This document shows positions 28,468 to 40,799 of a stretch of DNA of 64,000 nucleotides, piece by piece. The notes under the pieces were generated by a model. It saw only the letters and a list, made by a program, of their open reading frames with translations, had not been told where the DNA came from and searched no databases. The first letter of the stretch is position 1; every line of letters starts with the position of its first letter. The translations under genes and the position numbers were made by a program. Source of the DNA: Cycas panzhihuaensis (taxonomy: Eukaryota; Plantae; Cycadophyta); contig CM041465.1 in NCBI GenBank assembly GCA_023213395.1, positions 175,901,741-175,965,740 of the forward strand, read 5' to 3'.

Positions 28468-29774
28468 ATGTATGTGTATGCATAATAGGCCCCTTCATAT
28501 AAAGGTCATAACTATTCACACAACACCCTTTCATTTAATAATCAATTAGTTAACCCCTTAATGAGGTTCATAAAAATTCCTCACCCTTAAGATGTTTCAC
28601 CTCCAAAACATATTCAAATGATTGGTTGATTACTTCATTCAAGGTGGTTCATAATAAAACCTTCTTGAAATGTTTCATCTTCAAAACCTAATTGAGATAA
28701 TGATTAGTTTGATGCCTTCTCTTGTTGATAAATAAAATATCATAATCATCTGATATATGTCATCGAGTCATACATCCTAGAACTTTAAATAATAACGAAT
28801 ATGTATATAATGGCAAGCTTAAATAACTTGATGCAGTTGTAGACCAATTAGAATACTTTGGTAAATGTCAATTAAAAAAATATTTAATTCCTGTATACTT
28901 TCGCAAGTAGGATAAAGATTGTTGCTAGGGTATCTTCCATTTGATTTTGACTTTAATCTATCAACATATATAGTATTGTCTTAGAATGTATGGTTTTATA
29001 TCAATTCTTGAAAACTTCTCAAATTTATTAGGAGGCAAAATGGTTATTACTATCACTAGGAAATCCTTAAGTACATATGATGTAATTATTTGACTCATAA
29101 TATTTGTTTGATTAAAAGGTGTGCTAGATATTATCAGTATTGGTTTCTTTTGTTTAGATTGAACAAGAGATGTTATTGGTACTAGTTGGTCCTTCTTTAA
29201 TTGATCAAGAAATGTAGATATCACCACTGGCATTAGTGACCATTTTGGTATATACTTGATATTTTTATAAATTGTTATATTTTTTTTTGGGAGCAGCTAA
29301 CATTTTGTCCTTGTTGGTTACCAATAAGTTGTTCTTATTTTCCTATAGTATATTATTTTCTTCTTCTTACATGCTCAAATCATGTGTCAAGATTATGATT
29401 TAATTTTTAGGTTCTTTTTCTTCTTGTATTATATGATCTTGTATTCTAATGGCTTTTAATATAGATGTGTCATCCTCATCTACATTGTTGACAGATTTAT
29501 CTATATGTCTTTAATGATTAAATAAATTCTCTTGATGTAACTCCTATAAATTTTTTACTTGTTTCTTTAATTTCTTGTTTAATGCGAATAAGTAAGCATA
29601 ATTAAGGTTTACTAATATTAGAGAAGATTGTTTATGTTTATCTCCACTTTCTAAATCTAAAAGCTTTTCATTTCTTCCCAATTTTCCATAAGTCCTTACT
29701 TCTACTTGAAGAAGTCCATGTAAACCAAGAGAATAACTATATGAGTCTTGATCATATGTTAATAACAGAGGTGG

Positions 29775-30371
29775 ATCAGCCTTTGCTTCCAACAATTTCA
29801 TTTACCATCCACTTTTTAGATAATTTTCTTCAAAAAGTAATGCCCAAGCCTTTAAGTAGTCTTCAAGCCAACGATGATTGACTAATATTATTCTCATTTG
29901 TTTAGCAACTATGTACTTGTCACCTTCATGCTTGTAACAAATGAGATATTACTTCACTTATAATCAATAGATTTATAAAGCGTGCCCCTATTATTTCAAC
30001 CATTCTCATAATGTCACAATGATCTTGACCTTTCTACCCAGTTAAACAAATATATAAGAATGCACTACCTAGAATGCCCATCATATTTCTTATAGGTATA
30101 TACAATATCTTGTTAAAATATCTACAAATATTCCATTGGCCAAACTATCTATAATCCATAAGTGTGTAGTCAATACCTTTCCATCCTTCCTAGCTAAAGC
30201 ACAAATAGGATTATAATATGATAACTGGTAAATAATGACATGAGTATAACTTGTATCATATCATCCTATATTAAATGCCCCATTATATTCTAGCTCTGTT
30301 GCATATTTATTTTGTGTTATAGGGATGAATCCTACTAACACAAATCTTATCCCTTAAAATAATACTCCTAT
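29775..30371 (-). pseudogene. Intronless BCP1/At4g02110-like tandem BRCT fragment (copy 1, from tandem duplication)
   Basis: Same sequence as 34070-34665 except start ATG>ATA, an extra TAA after KSGW, and no 1-nt deletion in the KYATE segment. Confidence 0.9.
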
Positions 30372-32220
30372 TTCCTTGTCTTATTTTTTAGTATCTTATT
30401 AGCATTATATAAGATGATGGAGACAGTGTATGTAGCAATGTTATGAGAATAAGTAGGCTAGAAAGCTGTCTTGTAATTACAAGAGACAAGAGGATGATAG
30501 TATGAGAACAACTTGAAATTAATTGTTATAGTCTTCTATAGAATAGCACATAGACTTTATTTTTTAATTAGATAATATTCTAATTTGTATTATACTTTGG
30601 ACCTTATGATAATTTGGATTTTGTTGTGTTGACGATTATGGGTATAAGCACATGTTCAAAGAAAATAAAAATATTAGATGAGTCAATAAACCATCTCTCC
30701 TTAAACCAATCAAATGTGAGATGGTAAGCTACTTTTCTGCTAATACGAGATGCGAACCAACTACTTCAAATCACCTCTTGAGATTGTTATATATACACTA
30801 GACTATTATATATAAAATTTCTTTCTCATAATAATATATAACACAAGATGGGGGCAATGGTAGTATATACAAAATAATGCAACATATGTAAAATGACCTA
30901 ATTATTATCCCCCTAAAGAAAAATATTATAATCAAATTATTTGATATAGAAACTTGGATGGCACCCAATAATACTATATAAAATAATGAGATTGAATTGT
31001 AATATACCCTTCTTTTGCAATGATTTTTTTCTCACAATACTATGTAAAGGGGAAAGTAAATAGAAAGGGATAAAAGTTAATATAATCTATAACTCTAGTA
31101 TAGAAATATATAAAAATAAAAAATAAAATTACTACATTATAATAAACTAGTATATATACCTACTAGTTATGTTATCACTCCCTTAGTTGGTTATTAGGGA
31201 TCCTCTTTCCCTCCTCCACCACTGCCACCTACTATAGCTCGTTGGTCCTCATCAAAGCCTATGTCTATACTCTGCGTAAGAGAACCACAATGCCTTGTTG
31301 CTCCTACTATCACTGGAGTAATCTCTCTCATGCCTCCTCTCCCTTTATCTCTACCTCTTTCCTCACTACTAGTTACACTTCCTACTCCTTGATCATCCTA
31401 TCATTAAGCACCATCACCTACTCCTCTACCTTTACCTCTAGGTATAATAGGAGGCCTCCCTAAAACTACCCTATCAACATTATTAGCCTTATCATCACTT
31501 TGCACATACATCCTATCATAAGGATTAGGAACCAATTGATTCTTAGTCATCCTACTTAATAATGGGCTAAGTACTCCTAGCCATAACCACTAGTCTATTG
31601 TTGACTCATGATCATCTGTACCACCTATTCATTCTAGGATCCATGATGTTGAGCTCTTTAAGTATCCCTATTGGCCTCATCAATTATATATGGTTATATA
31701 GCTAGCACATCAAGATCAAAATATATAAAAAGCCACCACATCCCTATTGCTTGATGTAAGTCAATTACAGGCTCATGCTATTTAGGATGAAACATCCCTA
31801 ATTCATCTTAGTGCCCACCTCACACTATTTTATGATCCCAATTTACTAAATTAGAACCCTTATAATTTTTTATGATTTAGTAATATAGAATATGATAATA
31901 TATACCAACACTTTTGTAAGTGTTGGGATACAATCTTCCATGCTCATCATCTCTAATAAAACTCCATGGGGATTAAACCAATTGATGAATCTTATTAGGT
32001 ATTGGTTACATGCCTCTTAAGACTCCTTATTAATCACCTTGCTTAATCAAATCTCCCTCACATGTTAGCTCACTACAAGTATCCAATTATAGACCTTTTC
32101 TATAATGGGAGCATTTTTGAGATTTTAGATATAATAGAGAGCATAAGTAAGGTTTTAATAGTCAATTGCCCGATAATATATTTAATAAGAATAAGTGATT
32201 GTCTATAATACATTGGAGGC

Positions 32221-32287
<67 letters not shown>

Positions 32288-32541
32288 TATGATCCCAATT
32301 CACTAAATTAGAACCCTTATGAATTTTTATGATTTAGTAATATAAAATACTATAATATATACTAATACTTTTGTAAGTGTTGGGATACAGTCTACCATGT
32401 ACATCACCTCTAATAAAACTCCATGGGGATCAAAATGATTGATGAATCTTATTAGGTATTGGTTACATGTCTCTTGAGACTCCTTATTAATCACCCTACT
32501 TAATCAAATCTCCCTCCCATGCTAGCTCACTACAAGTATCC

Positions 32542-32713
32542 AATTATAGACCTTTTCTGTAATAGGAGCACTTTTGAGATTTTAGAGATAATAGAGAGCA
32601 TAAGCAAGCTTGAAAGCAAGGTTCTAATAGTTAATTGACTGATAATATATTTAATAAGAATAAGTGATTGTCTATAATACATTAGAGAGTGTATCTATAT
32701 ATATATATATATA

Positions 32714-32772
<59 letters not shown>

Positions 32773-35700
32773 GTATGCATAATAGGCCCCTTCATATAAA
32801 GGTCATAACTATTCACACAACACCCTTTCATTTAATAATCAATTAGTTAACCCCTTAATGAGGTTCATAAAAATTCCTCACCCTTAAGATGTTTCACCTC
32901 CAAAACATATTCAAATGATTGGTTGATTACTTCATTCAAGGTGGTTCATAATAAAACCTTCTTGAAATGTTTCATCTTCAAAACCTAATTGAGATAATGA
33001 TTAGTTTGATGCCTTCTCTTGTTGATAAATAAAATATCATAATCATCTGATATATGTCATCGAGTCATACATCCTAGAACTTTAAATAATAACGAATATG
33101 TATATAATGGCAAGCTTAAATAACTTGATGCAGTTGTAGACCAATTAGAATACTTTGGTAAATGTCAATTAAAAATATTTAATTCTGTATACTTTACAAG
33201 TAGGATAAAGATTGTTGCTAGGGTATCTTCCATTTGATTTTGACTTTAATCTATCAACATATATAGTATTGTCTTAGAATGTATGGTTTTATATCAATTC
33301 TTGAAAACTTCTCAAATTTATTAGGAGGCAAAATGGTTATTACTATCACTAGGAAATCCTTAAGTACATATGATGTAATTATTTGACTCATAATATTTGT
33401 TTGATTAAAAGGTGTGCTAGATATTATCAGTATTGGTTGCTTTTGTTTAGATTGAACAAGAGATGTTATTGGTACTAGTTGGTCCTTCTTTAATTGATCA
33501 AGAAATGTAGATATCACCACTGGCATTAGTGACCATTTTGGTATATACTTGATATTTTTATAAATTGTTATATTTTCTTTTGGGAACGACGCTAACATTT
33601 TGTCCTTGTTGGTTACCAATAAGTTGTTCTTATTTTCCTATAGTATATTATTTTCTTCTTCTTACATGCTCAAATCATGTGTCAAGATTATGATTTAATT
33701 TTTAGGTTCTTTCTCTTCTTGTATTATATGATCTTGTATTCTAATGGCTTTTAATATAGATGTGTCATCCTCATCTACATTGTTGACAGATTTATCTATA
33801 TGTCGTTAATGATTAAATAAATTCTCTTGATGTAACTCCTATAAATTTTTTACTTGTTTCTTTAATTTCTTGTTTAATGCGAATAAGTAAGCATAATTAA
33901 GGTTTACTAATATTAGAGAAGATTGTTTATGTTTATCTCCACTTTCTAAATCTAAAAGCTTTTCATTTCTTCCCAATTTTCCATAAGTCCTTACTTCTAC
34001 TTGAAGAAGTCCATGTAAACCAGTAGAATAACTATATGAGTCTTGATCATATGTTAATAACAGAGGTGGATCAGCCTTTGCTTCCAACAATTTCATTTCC
34101 CATCCACTTTTTAGATAATTTTCTTCAAAAAGTAATGCCCAAGCCTTTAAGTAGTCTTCAAGCCAACGATGATTGACTAATATTATTCTCATTTGTTTAG
34201 CAACTATGTACTTGTCACCTTCATGCTTGTAACAAATGAGATATTACTTCACTTATAATCAATAGATTTATAAAGCGTGCCCCTATTATTTCAACCATTC
34301 TCATAATGTCACAATGATCTTGACCTTTCTACCCAGTTAAACAAATATATAAGAATGCACTACCTAGAATGCCCATCATATTTCTTATAGGTATATACAA
34401 TATCTTGTCAAAATATCTACAAATATTCCATTGGCCAAACTATCTATAATCCATAAGTGTGTAGTCAATACCTTTCCATCCTTCCTAGCTAAAGCACAAA
34501 TAGGATTATAATATGATAACTGGTAAATAATGACATGAGTATAACTTGTATCATATCATCCTATATTAAATGCCCCATTATATTCTAGCTCATTGCATAT
34601 TTATTTTGTGTTATAGGGATGAATCCTACTAACACAAATCTTATCCCTTAAAATAATACTCCCATTTCCTTGTCTTATTTTTTAGTATCTTATTAGCATT
34701 ATATAAGATGATGGAGACAGTGTATGTAGCAATGTTATGAGAATAAGTAGGCTAGAAAGCTGTCTTGTAATTACAAGAGACAAGAGGATGATAGTATGAG
34801 AACAACTTGAAATTAATTGTTATAGTCTTCTATAGAATAGCACATAGACTTTATTTTTTAATTAGATAATATTCTAATTTGTATTATACTTTGGACCTTA
34901 TGATAATTTGGATTTTGTTGTGTTGACGATTATGGGTATAAGCACATGTTCAAAGAAAATAAAAATATTAGATGAGTCAATAAACCATCTCTCCTTAAAC
35001 CAATCAAATGTGAGATGGTAAGCTACTTTTCTGCTAATACGAGATGCGAACCAACTACTTCAAATCACCTCTTGAGATTGTTATATATACACTAGACTAT
35101 TATATATAAAATTTCTTTCTCATAATAATATATAACACAAGATGGGGGCAATGGTAGTATATACAAAATAATGCAACATATGTAAAATGACCTAATTATT
35201 ATCCCCCTAAAGAAAAATATTATAATCAAATTATTTGATATAGAAACTTGGATGGCACCCAATAATACTATATAAAATAATGAGATTGAATTGTAATATA
35301 CCCTTCTTTTGCAATGATTTTTTTCTCACAATACTATGTAAAGGGGAAAGTAAATAGAAAGGGATAAAATATCAATATAACTTATCATTTATATTTGTAT
35401 TATTAAATCACAAAAAATGTAAATAAATTAATACACTGTATGATTGACATATATATTAATATGTTGCGAATGTAATGAACAAATGTATAAAATGTGTGAA
35501 TATATAAAGGATGGTGAATATCTTAATGATAGTGCATGACCATTAATTTGGCAAAATTATTAATGTGTTGCATAGATTATTTGATATAGAATGAAATGGC
35601 CTTGATCTCAGATGAAAGTTGTATCAAACTAAATACAATATATGATCTATAGAAAATTTTTAATATTAGTTTATCAAAGTATAGTGAAGTCAGCAACCTG

Positions 35701-37009
35701 CAATATATACTAGGGAAAAAATGAATAATAGGCACAGAAAACTAGATGGAAAAGGAGATGCACAGAAGACGAGCATAGAGATAAGTGATTGGGGTGGTTA
35801 TTCATTTATTTAGTTAAAGAATATTGTAGATATACATGGCTAGGAGAATAGAAAGAATGTAAGATAGAACTTGAGAAATAGATTGAAGGGTATGGACGTA
35901 GGGTACAGGATGAGAATGCCAAGAAATAGAGATTTGAACAAGAATTAAAGGAGCGTGGATGATGCAGATGAGACTGGAATATAGGCAAAATAGAAAAGGC
36001 GATGGATAGACTACATAGGAGGCAAACAAAAAAATAGATGCAAAAAGAATGGTTCAATACTAGTGTTAGAGATTTGGTTTATGAGAAACTGCATGATACC
36101 AATCAATATTTCTTTGTTGTTGTGAGGTTGAATTATATGTTACCGCCTATATCTTATAGATAACCTACGTAAAAATATTATATAGTTTATTGTATTCGAT
36201 GCGGTTGGTTGTAGAGGTATAACTAGATGAGGACATGATCAATAAATACATAAAGAACAGAAATATACCATTGTTATTTAGGGGTATAACCAGGCAGTGG
36301 CATGACTAGTAAGGTACTCACCCCAACAGCAAAAAATAAGAAGGTAATATGGGCAACATATATAAGATATAAACTATTATGGAGTAATTTAATAAACTAT
36401 TTAATATTACTCCATTGCAATTTTATGCATGCATGCATAAATCACACATAAATCTATTTATTTAGTTCTACGCGATGCAACAATTTAGTAAATTAACATT
36501 AATGTGTTGAGCGTGTGATGTGGTTAACTAGATCATAGGCATGTATGTTGAAATTAATATGGTTATGATTGTTAATTTAATTTAGAAGGTAATGTCAATA
36601 CTAATATGACCATAGTCTTTCCACAATTGCAAGCAACACCTGAGAATATGAAAGTTGTAAGAAACATCCAAGAATATGAAAGTGACACAAAGTGTCCTGC
36701 AATTATAAGTGATAACCAATGATGTGAAAGTGACCAAACTATTCTAATACCAGTAGTTATAGACCCTTTTTGTAATGGGAGAACTTTCAAGATTTCAAAG
36801 ACAATAAACAACACAAGTAAGCTTGAAAGCAAGGTTTTAATAGTCAATTGATTGATAATACATTTAATAAGAATAAGTGATTATCCATAATACATTGGAG
36901 TCCATATATATGTGCATAATAAGCCCCTTCATATAAAGGTCACAACTATTCACAAGGCACCCTTTCATGTAATAATCGATTAGTCAACCCCTTAAGGAGG
37001 TTCATAATA
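32542..37009 (-). mobile_element. Non-autonomous LTR retrotransposon (~4.5 kb, no recognisable gag/pol) carrying a BRCT gene fragment
   Basis: LTRs 32542-32872 and 36755-37009 share long blocks (AGCTTGAAAGCAAGGTT..., CCCCTTCATATAAAGGTCA..., GGTTCATAA). Perfect 5-bp TSD TATCC at 32537-32541 and 37010-37014. PBS-like TGGTATTAGA at 36743-36752; PPT AAGGGTGAGGAA immediately inside 32872. A second copy of the 3' part lies at 28243-31075 via the tandem duplication. Confidence 0.88.
34070..34665 (-). pseudogene. Intronless fragment encoding the N-terminal tandem BRCT domains of a BCP1/At4g02110-like DNA-damage protein (copy 2)
   Basis: Conceptual translation through a few frameshifts/stops: MGVLF*GIRFVLVGF...YTHVIIYQLSYYNPICALARKDGKVLTTHLWIIDSLANG...KILYIPIRNMMGILGS...ICLTG*KGQDHCDIMRMVEIIGARF...YLICYKHEGDKYIVAKQMRIILVNHRWLEDYLKAWALLFEENYLKSGWEMKLLEA. 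This is collinear with the recalled At4g02110-family N-terminus (GVKFALVGF..CTHLIV..DDPIC..ARxxGK..LYRPLRDLNGIPG..CLTGYQ..DIMRMVELMG..HLICYKFEGEKY..LVNHRWLEDCL). Confidence 0.9.
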
Positions 37010-37997
37010 TATCCTCTCTATATATTGGGGAGTAATCCTAATATCACCTATCCCTCAAACTCTAAATACACCATCTGATGGAATCTAATAACTAATAAAG
37101 TCCTCTAATATCTCACATTCCATCACCAACTGGATGGAGCAACTGACTCTAGCAAGTTTACATCATGTCAATATTTATTAATCAACTACTAAAAGGGTTC
37201 CTATAAAGGGGCCCATAGCTAATCCTTCATTCTCTCAAGTCTCTATTATCTTAATTATCTGCATCACACAAGATCAGATCAAGTTAGATCTAGTATTTAT
37301 TCTTATATTTTTCATCTTTTTCTTAATCAATACAAATTCAATGAAGAACATCATTTTATAGTAAAAAACATAACTTCATAGTGAAAAACATGATTACATA
37401 GAGAGAAGCATAATTTATCAATAAAAAAATATGATCTTCCAAACTATCAAATTCTAAAATTACATTTTTGAACTAATTCTCATGATTTTAGAGTTGTCCC
37501 CACATTTTTATCCTACAAAACTATGTTTTTTAGTGAAAATTCACAAGGAAAAAAAAAGAATTTTATACTACAAGCTTATTGGATAGTATATCCTACAATG
37601 CATCTCTATAATACACACTTGCTCATGATTGTACTAGCCTTTAAAGTTGTCACAAAGCTCCACAAGATCTTAATTTTGCTCTAAAAGGTGCTCTAACTCC
37701 AACTCTCAATAGTAGAAATGAAAGTTAAATTAATCTTCTTTTGTATAAAAGGGTTGCTTCTTATCCAAAAAGAATATTTTTTTTTTTCATTCAATTCACT
37801 CTTGTTATATGTGTATGCTATGGTTTGGGGGTCTATACTCATCATACGTCTAGCTTTATTCTAATTATTAATCTTTATGTCATTAATAAAGAGAATGAGT
37901 ATCATTTAAGTAAGAAAGTTCACTTAATATTAATATCTCCATACATGAGTATATTTATAGTCTATGGAATCCATTTAAGATCATCATTTTAATCTTT

Positions 37998-38210
37998 ACT
38001 ATCATGCTCTAAGAATCCATCCCTTGAAGAGCTTAAACTATGACAGTCATGCTCTAAAAAATTGCCTACTAATGAGCTTAATCTATGGTAGTCTTTAGCT
38101 CTGAAAGGTCATCTATTAATGAGTCTAAACTATGACAGTCTCCCATTGTACTCTTACATGGGACTTCTCCTTGGAAGCATTGTTAATGAGGTTAAACTAT
38201 GACAACAATT
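37998..38210. repeat. Degenerate ~45-bp tandem repeat (AATGAGCTTAAACTATGACAGTC core), ~4 copies
   Basis: Core visible at ~38027, 38071, 38118 and 38185. Confidence 0.75.
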
Positions 38211-39399
38211 GATTCTTAAGCTCCATTAACTCTACGGGCAATCTACTATTACTAGCATCTAAAATTATCATTCTAGTTGTAGTTTGAGAATGTTTTTCTT
38301 TAGTTTTATTAGAGCTAATATTAATTGAGGTATTTTTTACCATTACCCCATCATATATAGTCCTATCATTTAGGTGCCTCTTTTATAACATCAACAACAA
38401 AATAAACTTTGACTCCAAGTTGCCACCATTTACTATCCTACTTTCATTCTAAAGTAGGAGCTTCTAGTGATAAGGGGGAAAATGTTTTACCAAAATTGGG
38501 CCTCCTCACTTAGTTACATTCATCACTAGGTTGTCTATTATGCATTATTCAATGATGGACTTTGATGTGTGTATATGGTTATCTATTTATTGTATTGTGG
38601 AGTCAATGATTGGTTCTGAATTCATTATATCATAAGTTAGTTATGTTTGTATTTATTTTGGTCTACCATCATGTTACTTTAGACTATGGTATGGTGACTG
38701 AATGATTGATTATATATGATGATGATTATCTACTTGTCGATGATTGATATTATGGATCATGTCTTTTCCTTTTCCTAATATGAAACCATCTTATTCAACT
38801 ACCATGTTTGTTGTCTTACTTTCTATTTAATACTATTCTACTTTCCTTATCTAGTTTTGTTTACATATTTTACACCAAATTTAGCCTTGAGTTTTACTAA
38901 TGTTGGCCTTATTAATCAATCTTTTAACTAATTAATCTTCAGTAAGCTAATTTATCTTAGATTTTTTTTTTTTTTGGTTTAATTTTCAATCGTTTCCTCT
39001 TTATCGTGTATTTAACTATGCTAAAAATGTGACTTTACTAATAAAACATGACCATTATGTTTTATTAAAAGAATCACATTTTTTTATACTTAATAAAATG
39101 TGGTCATCATAATTTATGAAGGAAATCACATTTTTTTTATTATATTATTTATTACTTTTTTAAATAAAAGTGCTAATTCCCCATTTTCTCTTAGTGGATA
39201 CCACCTAGATCTCTAAGGACCTATCATTGACCCTCCCTCTCCATATCAAGAGACCTATCCATACATAATTTTGATTGGTAAATTAGGAAGATCTAACCAA
39301 AAATCATGACATAATTTCTAATTAAGATTGATTCCATGATCTATGAGAGCTTGGTGGTAGGAAAGAGGGGATCTAATAGCATTATTTTTTCCATCTAAA

Positions 39400-40730
39400 G
39401 TAGTAATTATCTTTATGCAAGGTTGGAATTTCTTACTATCCAAGATAAAATTATCTTTATCCAAGGTTGTAACATTCACTTTCAGGTTACAACTATCTTT
39501 ATCTAAGGTTACAATGATCTTAGTCTAAGGTTGCAATCTTCTTTAGTCAAGTTTTTAATCATATTTGGTTAAGGTTGCAATCTTATTTGGTCATAGTTGT
39601 AATCATCTTTACCTAAGGTTGCAATCTTCTTTAGTCAAGGTTACAATTATTTCCTTATACTATGTCATAATCATTTTCATCCTAGATTAAAACCATCTAT
39701 GTCCCAAGTTGTAATCATTTATGTATGTAGTTGTAACCATTTGCATCCCAAAGTTATAATTATCCTCATATCGAGTTACAACTACCTTCAACCCTCGCTA
39801 TAACCATTTCTATTTATGGTTGTCACCACCTCATCTTAAGGTTGTTACTTCCCTTACATGGGGTTATAATCATCTTTATTCAAGATTATAATCATCTATA
39901 CCTAAGATTACAACCATCTTCATCTAATGTTACAACTATTGCCATTGCAAGTTATAACTGTTCTCATCTAGGATTGTAACTACCTTCTCCTCAAATTATA
40001 ACCATCTTCATTCAAGGTTACAACCATCATAATCCTAAGTTATAACCATTTACATCCCTAATTGTAATCTTCTACATCCTAGGTTGCAATCATCCTTAAT
40101 ATTATAACCATCTACATCCTCAATTCCAACCTTTTATATCTTAGGTTACAACTATCCTTAATGTTGTAATTGTCCATATCCTCAATTGCAACCTTCTATA
40201 TCCCAAGTTGTAATCATCTTGTATGTAATGCTGCAACTTTCTGCATTCTAAGTTGTAACCATCTTCATGTAATGCTATAAATTTATGTATCCTAAGTTGT
40301 AACCATCCTTATGTAATATTGCAATCATCCACATCCTCAGTTATAACCATTTGTATCTAAGGTTACAATCACCCTATATGTAATGTTACTACTATCTACA
40401 TCCTTAGTTACAGCCTTCTATATCTCATATTGCAACTACCCTATATGTAATATTGTAATTATCCACATCCTTAGTTGTAACCTTCTATGTCCCAAGTTAT
40501 ATCCATCTTGTATGTAATATTACAACTGTCTATATTCTTTATTATAACCTTCTATATCCTAGTTTGCAACCATCCTACATGCAATGTTATAACTATCCAC
40601 ATCCTTAGTTGTAATGTTCTTCATCCTAGGTTGGAACCATCCTATATGCAATGTTGTAAATATGCATGTCTTGAGTTATAACCTTCAATATCTTAGGTTG
40701 CAACTTTGTATTCTATTCAATGTTGCAACT
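39400..40730. repeat. Degenerate ~22-bp minisatellite array (GGTTGYAAYCATCTTYATCCTAA-like), ~1.3 kb
   Basis: Dozens of GTTGTAA/GTTACAA/GTTATAA-CCATC units at ~22-bp spacing; longer composite units containing ATGTAATG in the right half. Lies just 3' of gypsy #2 pol. Confidence 0.88.
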
Positions 40731-40799
40731 ATAAAATAAAAACTTTTTATATTTCAAATGATTAAGGAATATTTATTCCCATGGTTTATGTCATTTTTT

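Larger units (their letters stand above)
26775..35369. repeat. Near-identical tandem duplication of ~4.3 kb (26775-31075 / 31076-35369)
   Basis: Identical starts GTTAATATAATCTATAACTCTAG at 26775 and 31076; both copies end GGGATAAAA; the ORF track repeats with a ~4.3-kb offset. Differences are few substitutions/indels and SSR length changes. Confidence 0.97.
26300..37300 (-). pseudogene. Possible heavily decayed plant-mobile-domain (aminotransferase-like/PMD) ORF forming the insertion site of the BRCT element
   Basis: Weak minus-strand remnants across the TSD: FHQMVY (~37070-37090), ...QYIERILVV across the TSD, and an RGRG-rich tail ~27000-27150. Too decayed to be sure. Confidence 0.3.

Noticed and set aside
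39400-40730. CRISPR-like array
   Set aside because: Degenerate head-to-tail units without unique spacers, in a eukaryotic TE context with no cas genes.
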